A stretch of DNA of 64,000 bases, taken from Mobula hypostoma. Taxonomy: Eukaryota. Shown here piece by piece: positions 24,924 through 36,128 of this stretch; positions within the stretch are counted from its first letter, which is position 1; every line of letters begins with the position of its first letter. The notes below the pieces were generated by a model that had not been told where the DNA came from, made no database searches, and saw only the letters and a program-made list of their open reading frames with translations. Position numbers and translations under genes: made by a program. The stretch covers positions 156,922,001 to 156,986,000 of the forward strand of contig NC_086102.1 of NCBI RefSeq assembly GCF_963921235.1, read 5' to 3'.

Positions 24924-26082
24924 TGTACCTCTTCCTAGAGATGCTTCCTGGCCTGCTGCGTTCACCAGCAACTTTGTTGTGTGTTGCTTGAATTTCCAGC
25001 ATCTGCAGATTTCGTCGTGTTTGCGTCAATTCAGTGATGGTTCATCTTTGGGTTGACAGGAGGTTCCTTGAACATGAAGGAAACAACTATTTAAATGGTT
25101 TTGGACAGGAAACAGAAGCAATGCAGACAGGACAAACGCAGCCTCAAATGCGGTGGGTATTTTCCCAAGCTCACAAGAGAGTCAACGTGATGAAGTTTTA
25201 TTAAATCCATTTCTTCAAAGAAATAGCGGGTGAAGTCTACTCTTTATAAGCCATTAACAGAGTTTGCACTGCAGAATGGCTGAGCTATTTGTTGTTACCC
25301 AGGCTGAGTCACTTTTAAATTTTTGCCTTCTTGCATTGCATTACATAGAATTAATATTTTATGTGCTTTGATTGATTATTCTACAGTTTCCATTTAAATT
25401 CACAAATGCAGTATTTCTGCCCTAAGAATATTAGATCTTTCAGTGGATTTGTTTTGTTTTGCCAGTAAAGTCATAGCATCTTCAATTATTTGCATTTTCA
25501 AACCTTCCCAGACCAATTTGTGTTCACTAGCCAAGAAATAAGAGAGATTTATTATCAGCCATGGTGAGGTGTTATCCAATTGAATATCATAAGGGCAATA
25601 CCTGGAAGCTGTAGACTTGTGTACCAGTGATTCAGTACAGTTACTTCATGAAGATCGGGAGCTCTGCCAACAACAGCAAATTGCTTTGAAGGATCTCACA
25701 TTTATACTTTTGAATGTTTTACTGTGGTTACGCTTCCTCTTAGCCACTCGTCTCTCAGAAGTATTTTGGGTGAATATGAAGTCATGGTGTAAAGGCACCC
25801 AATGAACATGACTTCCCTTTTTCTCAAAAAATTCATTCTTGACTGAGTAGCTGCAATTCATTCTTAGTTGCTTCTGTTAAATGTGCAATCGATCCCAAAG
25901 GATCTGAATTTTGCAAAGCGGAGAATAAAAAAACAATACGTGTGGGAGTATCTGTGCCAAGTTTTTCTCTGTATCATATATCCACACAAGATTATTTTGC
26001 TTATGCAATCAAACGTTCTTTTTAGATAAATATCCTCTTTAATTAATCCAGTATTGACATCTCTTCATCCAACAGAGGGATA

Positions 26083-27719
26083 TGGTGCCTATAAAAAATA
26101 ATCACTCCACCATCCCCCCCCTTTGGAAGTTTTCGTGTTTTATTGTTTAACAACATTCACTCGCAGTGGATTAAATTTGGCTTTTTTGACACTGATCAAT
26201 AGAAAAAGACTCTTTCATGTCAAAGTGAAAACAGATCTCTATAAAGTGATCTAAATTAATTACAAATGTAAAACACAAAATAATTGATTGCATAAGTGTT
26301 CACCCCCCTTCAAGTCAGTATTTAGTAGATGCACCTTGGGCAACAATTTATAGCCTTAAGTCTGAGTGGATATGTCTCTATCAACTTTGCACTTCTGGAC
26401 ACTACAATTTTTTTCCGATTCTTCTTTACTAAGCTGCTCGAGCTCTGTCAGATTGCATGGGGATCATGAGTGAACAGCCCTTTGCAAGTCCAGCCACAAA
26501 TTCTCAACTGGATTGAGGCCTGGACTCTGACTTGCTTACTCCAAGACATTAACTTTGTTGTTTTTAAGCCACTCCTGTGTAGCTCTGGCTTTGTGCTTGG
26601 AATTATTGTCTTGCTGGAAAACAAATCTTCTCCCAAGTCGCAGTTCCTTTGAGGTCTGCATCAGATTTTCCTTCAGGGCTTCCCTGAATTTTACTGCATT
26701 CATTTTACCCTCTACCTTCACAAACCTTTCAGGGCCTGCTGCAGTAAAGCATCCCCACAGTATGATGCAGCCACTACCATGCTTCACGGTAGGATGGTGT
26801 GTTTTTGATGATGTACGGTGTTTGGCTGATGCCGAACATTGCGTTTTGTCTAATGGCCAAAATGCTCAATTTTGGTTTCATCAGACCATAGAATCTGCTT
26901 CCAAATGACTTCAGAGTATCCCACATGCCTTCTGGCAAATTCTAGCTGAGATTTTAAGTGAGTTTTTTTTCAACTGTAGCTTTCTCTTTGCCGCTCTCCC
27001 TTAAAGCTGTGATTGGTGAAACTCCTGGGTAACAATTATTGTATGCGCAGTCTCTCCCATCCCAGACACCGAAGCTTGTAATTCCTCCAGAGCTATCATA
27101 TATCTCCTGCTGGCCTTCCTCACTAGTCCCTTTCTTGCAGTCACTCAGTCTTTTGAAGACGGCCTGCTCTAGGCAGATTTACAGCTGTGCCATATTCTTG
27201 CTATTTCTTGATGACTGACTTAACTGTATTCCAAAGGATAAAATTTTCTTGTATCCATCTCCTGACTTGTGCCTTTCAATAACCTTTTTGTGGAGTCACT
27301 TGGAGGGAGTGTTCTTTTGTCTTCATCATGCAGTTTTTGAAAGGAAAATGACTGACCAGCAATTGGACCTTCCAGGTACAAGTGTATTTTTACTACAAAC
27401 CATTGAAACACCTTGACTACACACAGGTCTCCAAAAACATATCTCCATTTAATTAATTATATGATTGCTAAAACTAATTGGCCACACCAGTGATGATTTG
27501 GTGGGGTGAATACATATGCAATCAATTATTTTGTGTTTTGTATTTGTAATTAATTTAGAGCACTTTGTAGAGATCTGTTTTCACTCTGACATGAAAGAGA
27601 CTTTTTCTGTTGATCAATGTCAAAAAAGCCAAATTAAATCCATTGTGATTGAATGTTGTAAAAAAATAAAACAAGAAAACTTCCAAAGGGAGGGTGGTGA
27701 ATGCTTTTTATAGGTACTG
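26083..27719 (-). mobile_element. Tc1-family DNA transposon with decayed transposase
   Basis: ~225-bp TIRs with outer and inner TTCACCCC-like direct repeats; TA on both flanks; KHGSGCIILWGCF..FVFQQDN..KH. Confidence 0.95.
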
Positions 27720-27856
27720 TACATAGCTCTGGTTAATAAGTTATGGAAATTGTGGTTATTTGAACTATTCTCACCTGAACCTTTACTTTGCCATCCCCCA
27801 GTACAATGCACAGCTTCCTACTTAGGCATGTGCACCTTTATACAAATAACATATTT

Positions 27857-28410
27857 ATTTGGAGTATTGTGTACAGTTCTGGTCACCGAATTATAGGAAA
27901 GATGTCAATAAAATTGAGAGAGTACAGAGGAGATTTACTAGAATGTTGTCTGGGTTTCATCTCCTAAATTACAGAGAAAGGTTGACCAAGTTGGGTCTTT
28001 ATTCTTTGAAGTGTAGAAGGTTGAGGGGGGACTTGATAGAGGTATTTAAAATTATGAGGGGGATAGAGTTGACGTGGATAGGCTTTTTCCATTGAGAGTG
28101 GGGGAGATTCAAACAAGAGGACATGAGTTGAGAGTTAAAGGGCAAAAGTTTAGGGGTAACATGAGGGGGAACTTCTTTATTCAGAGAGTGGTAGCTGTGT
28201 GGAACGAGCTTCCAGCAGAAGTGGTTGAGGCAGGTTCGATGTTGTCATTTACAGTTAAATTGGATAGATATATGGACAGGAAAGGAATGGAGGGTTATGG
28301 GCTGAGTGCAGGTCAGTGGGACTAGGTGAGAGTAAGAGTTTGGCACGGACTAGAAGGGCTGAGATGGCCTGTTTCTGTGCTGTAATTGTTATGTGGTTAT
28401 ATGGTTAACA
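27857..28410 (+). mobile_element. CR1 3' fragment
   Basis: LEYCVQFWSPNYRKD..TRGHELR..WNELP; GGTTATAT-type tail. Confidence 0.93.
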
Positions 28411-28769
28411 TGCTCACAGGCTGTGGCCTTCATCATACAGGTGGGATGCAAAGATATCTTGGGAAGAAAGGGCAGAGTCAAGAAAGTATATGAGAATGGA
28501 AAACAGGAAGTCCATATTGGAAACATAGAAATAACTAAAATAATCACATTACTGCCTTTTCAAACAAAACAGAGAATGTTTGAAATAGCAACAGGAATAT
28601 TTTGCTGCCTTCCATAAATATTTCCCTGATTAATGAAGCTTCAATCTCCAACATTTTTGTGTATCATTTCAAAAGCAAACTCAGTTGTGTTGAAGTTTCT
28701 CAATCGTTTGGAACTGTTCTCTTCTGTTTAATGTCCTATCAATTTTCCTTGGAGAGTTATTGACAATTA

Positions 28770-29105
28770 GAATCTGTAAATACTGAAAATCTGGAATAAA
28801 AAGACAATGTGCTTTAAACTCCTATATGTGGAAACAACATCTGTTGACAGATAGAAAATAATAATATTTCAGGTTTGTGATCCTTCATCCGACATAGCAC
28901 ATTAGATTTAATTTGCAGATACAGCAGGGAAGAGCAGGAGAGGATTCCATCACGTGCTACCTTTGGCATACCTCCTCCCACCCTCTCACAAATTAAAAGT
29001 AACTTGTTTGTTCATTTTCCAAGCTCTGATGAAGGATCTTTAACTAGAGATGTTAATTCTGTTTCTCCTTCCAAAAATGCTGCCTGACCTGTAGCACTTT
29101 CAGGT
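28770..29105. mobile_element. Old Penelope-like fold-back remnant
   Basis: CTGATGAAGG..ATGCTGCCTGACCTG right arm with a degenerate inverted left arm. Confidence 0.6.
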
Positions 29106-29989
29106 TATGGTCCCCAGGTTTACCACTGCTTCAAGCTTATTCGGTGCTGTAATATACTCAGTGCATGTAGTGCTAATATTTCAAAACATTGTTCAGCTTC
29201 CCCTCAGTAGGTGAGTACATTATGACACATTAATAAACAGCTGAGCAGTTGCTCTGTCCAATCTTTATTAGAGGCATTGACCCATTTAAAAGAAAGCACC
29301 TCATTCCTTCACTAAAATATTTGATTCTGCCTTGCAAATGTGTTGGGTGCATTTATTTTCTAACTCACCAATTATAATTTCCAAGCTATAGTTCTTAATG
29401 TGCTTAGTGTTTAGTTTTCTATAAATATCCTGAATCTTAAATATGTTATTAAAATGTCACTTCTGCAGGATCATTTTAAAAATTACTACTTGAAATGAGC
29501 AATACTTTGAATGATAATAACCCGAGTATACTGCGTGCTGCAAGTCTCAACCTGTACATTTTTCATTAATTTTACCCAAAGCTTTGACTTAGTTCCCATT
29601 CGATTTAATTTTCTGATTTTATCAAGTATCCTGTCCATCAACATTCCAGTGGTAAGATTTTGTGGAAAAAACGTTGGCAGTTCTGATTGGAACCGCTGGT
29701 TTTCCACCAGTAAGTACCAAATTTCCACACATGTGGTTTCAAAACATAGAACCCTTTGATGTTCTGGGGGTACCGGAGCACTTGAATTGTCAGTTCATCC
29801 CATGGACGTTCTCCTCATAGAGTTGAAAGGTGGAGTCCAGTCTTCCTGCATTTCCAGCCTAGTGCTGCTGCTGAACGGTCTCCCAGATCCTATACCGGGG
29901 CAGACAAGGCAGAGATTTCTGGACAAGACCAGTTTTAATGGAGATTGTAGCTCAAAGGATCAGAAGGCAAAAAAGGAGGTAAGTACTCC

Positions 29990-30270
29990 ACCTATCATCT
30001 CCCAGATTCTCACTTCATTCTCCCTTTCCTACCCGCCCACCTTCTCCCTCATGTGGCTTCACCTATCACCTGCCAGTTTGTACTCCTTCCCCTACTGCTA
30101 TCTTTCAATCTGACTTCTTCACCTTTCCTTTCCAGTCCCAATGAAGTGTTTCAGCTTGAAACATCGACTGCTTATTCCCCTCCATAAATGCTGCCTGATC
30201 TGCTGAGTTCCTCCACCATTTTGTGTGCGTTACTCTGGATTTCTAGCCTCGGCAGAATCGCTTGTGTTTA
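29990..30270 (+). mobile_element. Penelope-like pseudo-LTR remnant
   Basis: C-rich tract, decayed hammerhead (AGTCCCAATGAAG..GAAACATCGACT), GCTGCCTGATCTGCTGAGTTCCTCCA. Confidence 0.8.
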
Positions 30271-30419
30271 AGGAAAGTAAGTTACATTTTTAACTTTTTT
30301 TTTAGTTACCTAAGTATTTTAAGTTTTTTGAGGCATCTTTATTTTTTAATTTTCGATGTTTAAATTTTAAAATGCTTGCTTCAATTCTAATTCTTACAGA
30401 AGCATCTGCATGATGCTAA

Positions 30420-30962
30420 GCTAGGGCACATCATCAGTGATGTTACCTGGGGTCGTCAGGTGTTTCGGGTCTTTCAACATCATACACGCTCGCCCTGGCG
30501 ACCCAACCAGGGTTGGACAGACCCCGGCCTGTGCCCTAGCAGCAACCCACAGATCTGTCCGCTTTATCCAGAGCCATCTTGGTGCTTTCTCTACTGCATC
30601 TGTGGTGGTAGAAATGGCTCTTCTTCTTCTCTCTCCCGTGATTCCAAGTGCAGTGTATACTTTGTAGAGTGACTGGCTTGCAACGCCATGATACCCGACC
30701 TTCAGGGGCCAACATTTTGCTCTCCAGCTTCTTCTTTGGCAGTTGTCCTTCAGATCTTCATACTTGGCTCCTTGCCGCTCGGAGGCCTCCTCCATGCGTT
30801 CTTCCCACGGCACGGTAAACTCAAGCATAAGAACGTGCTTCGATGAGTCAGACCACAACACAATGTTGGGCCGCAATGTAGTGTCTCTGTAATGTGGGGA
30901 GGAAACTGCAGCTGTTTTCCCAAGTCTGCTTTTAGCTTCCAGTCCTGCGTAGCGAAACAGGT
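30420..30962 (-). mobile_element. Hero-clade non-LTR retrotransposon 3' end (restriction-like endonuclease and 3' UTR)
   Basis: DWKLKADLGKQLQFP, RP(N)IVLWS..LEFTVPWEERMEEA.ER..AKYE.L..WLWIKR. Confidence 0.85.
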
Positions 30963-31777
30963 ATTACACATCCTTTAATTTAATATTTTTATTTAGAGAT
31001 ATAGTGTGGAATAGACGCTTCTGGTTCGTCGAGCTATGCCGCCCCAGCAACCCTAGTAACCTCAATTTAACCCTAACCTAACCACAGGGCAATTTATAAT
31101 GACCATTTAACCTATCTGGTACGTCTTTAACTGTGGGAGATATTAGAGCATATACAGGAGTTCGAGTATATAGCACATATTAATTTTACCAGTAACCAAT
31201 CTTCAGATTTGAATATGGATTGCAGTTTGAATTTAAAGCACAGCTCAGAACAATTAGACCATATATGCCTGCATATAAGACCATAAGATTCAGAAGTAGA
31301 ATTAGGCCATTTGGCCCATCCAGTCTGCTCCACCATTTCATCAAGGCTGATCCAATTTTCCTCTCAGCCTCAGTGTCCTGCCTTCTCCCTGTATCCCTTC
31401 TGATCAAGAATCTATCAATTTTTGCTGTATATATACATAAAGACTTGGCCTCCACAGCTGCCTGTGACAAAGAATTCCACAGATTCACCACTCTCCGGCT
31501 AAAGAAATTCCTCCGTATCGCCATTCAAAAAGGACACATCTCTATTCTGAGGCTGTATCCTCTGGTCTTAGACTCTCCCACCATACGAAACATCATCTCC
31601 ACATCCACTCTATCAAGGCCTTGCACCATCCGATAGGTTTAAATGAGGCCATCCCTCATTCTTCTGAATTCTAGTGAATACAGGCCCGGAGCCATTAAAC
31701 ACTGTTCATATGACAAACCACTCAATCCTGGAATAATTTTTGGGAACCTCCTTTGAACCCTCTCTAGTTTCAGCACA

Positions 31778-31981
31778 CAAACACGAGGAAATCTGCAAAT
31801 GCCGGAAATTCAAGCAACACACACACAAAATGCTGGTGGAACGCAGCAGGCCGGGCAGCATCCATAGGAAGAAGTACAGTCGACGTTTCGGGCCGAGACC
31901 CTTCATCAGGACGAGGTTCTCAGCCCGAAACGTCGACTGTACTTCTTCTTATGGATGTTGCCTGGCCTGCCGCGTTCCACC
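31778..31981. mobile_element. ~200-bp Penelope-like hairpin insertion inside CR1
   Basis: Inverted arms; TSD AGTTTCAGCACA (31766, 31982). Confidence 0.92.
31879..31912 (-). ncRNA. Minimal type I hammerhead ribozyme motif, intact
   Basis: GTC-CTGATGA-A-GGG-TCTCGG-CCC-GAAAC-GTC-GAC. Confidence 0.8.
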
Positions 31982-32446
31982 AGTTTCAGCACATCCTTTT
32001 TAAGATAAGGGCGCCAAACTGCTCACAATGCTCCAAGTGAGGCCTCACCAGTGCCTTATAAAGTCTCAACGTTATATGCATGAAAGTGGCCGAGAGTCCG
32101 TGGAGAATAACATTCACTTTGACTGACTGGAATGTGGGTGCGAAGAAGGAGGTGTGTGAAAGCTATATATAATTCAAAGGAAGCATTATGGATACATTGT
32201 ACCTATAGAATTGGCCTGCTATTGTCTTTGATCTTTAGCATATAAAATTGTCATGTAATATTGGGTTGAAAAGCCTCTTCTTACCAGAGTGTCTCTACGT
32301 GATGTCCACTTTTGTTGAATAAAACACTTCTATATCCCCCAGCTTCCGTGTCTCTCTGGTGACTTTGTTCACTTCACAGCAGGAGGAAACCCACACATTC
32401 CATGGGGAGGATGAACAGAGACTCCTTACAGAATTGAACTTTGAGC

Positions 32447-32990
32447 ATAGAACATAGAACATAGAAAAGTACAGCACAGTACAGGCCCTTCAGCCCACAA
32501 TGTTGTTCCGGCCCTCAAGCCCTGCCTCCCATATAAGCCCCCACCTTAAATTCCTCCATATACCTGTCTAGTAGTCTCTTAAACTTCACTAGTGTATCTG
32601 CCTCCACCACTGACTCAGGCAGTGCATTCCACGCACCAACCACTCTCCGAGTAAAAAACCTTCCTCTAATATCCCCCTTGAACTTCTCACCCCTTGCCTT
32701 AAAGCCATGTCCTCTTGTATTGAGCAGTGGTGCCCTGGGGAAGAGGCGCTGGCTATCCACTCTATCTATTCCTCTTATTATCTTGTACACCTCTATCATG
32801 TCTCCTCTCATCCTCCTTCTCTCCAAAGAGTAAAGCCCTAGCTCCCTTAATCTCTGATCATAATGCATACTCTGTAAACCAGGCAGCATCTTGGTAGATC
32901 TCCTCTGAACCCTTTCCAATGCTTCCACATCCTTCCTATAGTGAGCCGACCAGAACTGGACACAGTACTCCAAGTGTGGCCTAATCAGAG
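32447..32990 (-). mobile_element. CR1 3' fragment, same subfamily as 1084-3530
   Basis: Near-identical to 1103-1630; (CTATGTT)3 tail. Confidence 0.95.
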
Positions 32991-33078
32991 TTTGAACTCC
33001 GACTCCCCTGAGCTGTAATAGTGTCACACTAACCCACTACGTTAATGCTATAACCATGCAAAGACATAAAAATAGCAG

Positions 33079-33285
33079 ACAACAGGAATTCTGCAGATGC
33101 TGGAAATTCAAGCAACACACATCAAAGTTGCTGGTGAACGCAGCAGGCCAGGCAGCATCTATAGGAAGAGGCGCAGTCGACGTTTCAGGTCCTGACGAAG
33201 GGTCTCGGCCTGAAACGTCGACTGCGCTTCTTCCTATAGATGCTGCCTGGCCTGCTGCGTTCACCAGCAATTTTGATGTGTGTTG
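33079..33285. mobile_element. ~207-bp Penelope-like hairpin insertion
   Basis: Near-perfect inverted arms; 14-bp TSD CATAAAAATAGCAG (33065, 33286). Confidence 0.94.
33189..33222 (+). ncRNA. Minimal type I hammerhead ribozyme motif, intact
   Basis: GTC-CTGACGA-AGGGTCTCGGCCT-GAAAC-GTC-GAC. Confidence 0.8.
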
Positions 33286-33669
33286 CATAAAAATAGCAGC
33301 CTCTTTTTCAGTCTCAGGGACCCACTCTCAACTCTGCCAGCTGTTAGAGGCATTTCGAATACTGTACATATTGTGGCCAGGAACCCTGCTGTCACAGGAC
33401 CACATTGCTGGAGTCCAAGCTGCAAATTGCCAGAGATCAGATTTTTTTATCCATACTTATTAAACTCAGGTGAGGGCAGATTACAGGATATGATTCCAGA
33501 TTGGTGGGACGGGGTGATGGGGCAGGGGAGTGTCAGGCAAGTAAATCTGACTCTGCAACTCAGAGCAGTGTGCTTTAATTCAAAGTCAGCTGGGTTCCAT
33601 CAGCCAACATTCCTGATGTATATTGAAGAGTGTGGCGTTGAGATTCAGACCGTGTTTAGTTCAGTTTTG

Positions 33670-33800
33670 GAGACACAAGAGATTCTGCAAATCTTGAGCA
33701 ACACACACAAAATGCTGGAGGAACTCAGCAAGACAGGCCCAAATTGCTTATTTCCCTTGATAGACGCTGAGTTTCTCCAGCAATTTATGTCTGTTGCTGG
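33670..33800. mobile_element. Older Penelope-like hairpin remnant
   Basis: AGCAACACACACAAAATGCTGGAGGAACTCAGC / GCTGAGTTTCTCCAGCAATTTATGTCTGTTGCT. Confidence 0.75.
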
Positions 33801-34039
33801 TTCAGCTTCACATGATTGCAGGTGGGAAGTGGGACTTTGTGGCCAGGGAAGGCAACTTGTTATGGGAACTCTGGACAATGATTTCACTTTCATCAATATT
33901 TCTTTGGAGAAAAATTCTACTTGAGCAGCTCTGCGTGATGCACAAGGAACTTGACAATTTAGAGATAGTGAAAAGGTCAGTAGACCAGATGGTGATGTGA
34001 ATGCGACCCATGTATCTGGGGAAACTGATGTGTTTCCAG

Positions 34040-34200
34040 TTGAAATAGAAACAGAAAATGCCCGAAACACTCGAGAGGTCAGGCATCATCTGTGGAAGGA
34101 GAAACAAGAGTTAACATCCCTTTCTGGTATCTGATCACCACAGCTGCTCTTTTCAGATGCTGCCAGATCTGCTGAATGCTACCAGCATTTTATGTTTTGA
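34040..34200. mobile_element. Older Penelope-like hairpin remnant
   Basis: ACAGAAAATGC..AGGTCAGGCATCATCTG / CAGATGCTGCCAGATCTGCTGA..CAGCATTTT. Confidence 0.65.
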
Positions 34201-34207
34201 TTTTAGG

Positions 34208-35978
34208 ACCATAGAAACCACAGAAACTACAGCACAGAAACAGGCCCTTTGGCCCTTCTTGGCTGTGCCTAACCATTTTCTGCCTAGTCCCACTAACCTG
34301 CACACGGACCATATCCCTCCATACACCTCCCATCCATGTATCTGTCCAATTTATTCTCAAATGTTAAAAAAGAACCCGCATTTACCACCTCGTCTGGCAG
34401 CTCATTCCATATTCCCACCACTCTCTGTGTGAAGAAGCTCCCCCTAATGTTCCCTTTAAACTTTTCCCCCCTCACCCTTAACCCATGTCTTCTGGTTTTT
34501 TTCTCCCCTTGCCTCAGTGGAAAAAGCCTGCTTGCATTCACTCTATCTATACCCATCATAATTTTATATACCTCTATCAAATCTCCCTTCATTCTTCTAC
34601 GCTCTAGGGAATAAAGTCCTAACCTATTCAACCTTTCTATGTAACTGAGTTTCTCAAGTCCCGGCAACATCCTTGTAAACCTTCTCTGCACTCTTTCAAC
34701 CTTATTTATATCCTTCCTGTAATTTGGTGACCAAAACTGAACACAATACTCCAGATTCGGCCTCACCAATGCCTTGTACAACCTCATCATAACATTCCAG
34801 CTCTTATACTCAATACTTCGATTAATAAAGGCCAATGTACCAAAAGCTCTCTTTATGACCCTATCTACCTGTGACAACACTTTTAGGGAATTTTGTATCT
34901 GTATTCCCAGATCCCGCTGTTCCACTGCACTCCTCAGTGCCTTACCATTAACCCTGTATGTTCTACGTTGGTTTGTCCTTACAACGTGCAATACCTCACA
35001 CTTGTAGTATTAAACTCCAACTGCCATTTTTCAGCCCATTTTTCCAGCTGGTCCAAGTCCCTCTGCAGGCTCTGAAAACCTTCCTCACTGTCTACTACAC
35101 CTCCAATCTTTGTATCATCAGCAAACTTGCTGATCCAATTTACCACATTATCATCCAGATCATTGATATAGATGACAAATAACAATGGACCCAGCACAGA
35201 TCCCTGTGGCACACCACTAGTCACAGGCCTCCACTCAGAGAAGCAATTCTCTGCCACCACTCTCTGGCTTCTTCCATCGAGCCAATGTCTAATCCAATTT
35301 ACCACCTCTCCATGTATACCTAGCGACTGAATTTTCCTAACTAACCTCCCATGCGGGACCTTGTCAAAGGCCTTACTGAAGTCCATGTAGACAATATCCA
35401 CTGCCTTCCCTTCATCCACTTTCCTGGTAACCTCCTCGAAAAGCTCCAACAGATTGGTCAAACATGACCTGCCACGCACAAAGCCATGTTGACTCTCCCT
35501 AATAAGCCCCTGTCTATCCAAATGCTTGTAGATTCTGTCTCTTAGTACTCCCTCCAATAACTTACCTACTACTGATGTTAAACTCACTGGCCTATAATTT
35601 CCCGGATTACTTTTCGATCCTTTTTTAAACAACGGAACAACATGAGCCACTCTCCAATCCTCCGGCACTTCACCCGTAGACAGCGACATTTTAAGTATTT
35701 CTGCCAGGTCCCCCGCAATTTCAACACTAGTCTCCTTCAAGGTCCGAGGGAACACTCTGTCAGGTCCCGGGGAATTATCCACTTTAATTTTCCTCAAGAC
35801 AGCAAGCACCTCCTCCTTTTCAATCTGTACAGTTTCCATGGTCTCACTACTTGATTCCCTCAATTCCATAGATTTCATGCCAACTTCCTTAGTAAATACA
35901 GACGCAAAAAACCTATTTAAGACCTCCCCCATTTCCTTTGGTTCCGCACAAAGCCGACCACTCTGATTTTCAAGAGGA
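34208..35978 (-). mobile_element. CR1 LINE, 5'-truncated; RT split by one frameshift
   Basis: ORFs 34979-35932 and 34293-34991 with the CR1 RT motifs. Confidence 0.96.
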
Positions 35979-36035
35979 CTCCAGTTTTAGCTCCAGTTTT
36001 GATTCTAATTCTGATTCAAAAACTGTTGTTTTCAG

Positions 36036-36128
36036 GTGATATGATCTAAGAGGCAACACATGCTGTAGATGGGAAGAAGCATGGCCCCAGGGATCAAAGC
36101 CAGGCCAACACCGGAATCAACGTTGTAG
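36036..36128 (+). other. Candidate 93-nt non-coding or pseudo exon
   Basis: Branch-point-like TTCTAAT/CTGAT, TGTTGTTTTCAG acceptor, TAG|GTAAGA donor; stops in all three frames. Confidence 0.35.

Larger units (their letters stand above)
24223..25025. mobile_element. Penelope-like element fold-back insertion (inverted pseudo-LTRs)
   Basis: Inverted arms; GIY-YIG C-terminus LRLEEHHLIFCLGSLQPDGMNIDFSNF on the minus strand; 14-bp TSD TCAATTCAGTGATG (24209, 25026). Confidence 0.92.
31276..32075 (-). mobile_element. CR1 3' fragment
   Basis: RRNFFSRRVVNLWNSL; TCTTATGG tail. Confidence 0.9.
31141..32381 (+). mobile_element. Probable solo LTR, containing a CR1 and a PLE
   Basis: Interrupts the SINE; TATA-like run at ~32164, AATAAA at ~32318, ends in CA; 5' terminus and TSD are not clean. 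Confidence 0.5.
30985..33050 (-). mobile_element. V-SINE split into three pieces (30985-31140, 32382-32446, 32991-33050) by nested insertions
   Basis: GTCTTTAACTGTGGGAG | GGAGGAAACCCAC..GAGACTCCTTACAG | GAACTCCG..GAGCTGTAATAG. Confidence 0.75.

Noticed and set aside
30440-30480. Hammerhead in the Hero 3' UTR (GAAAC..CTGACGA)
   Set aside because: Only 3 nt separate GAAA from CUGACGA, so stems I and III and a cleavage triplet cannot form.
33056-33924. 135-aa and 214-aa ORFs
   Set aside because: They read through PLE hairpins; near-identical peptides on both strands simply reflect the palindrome.
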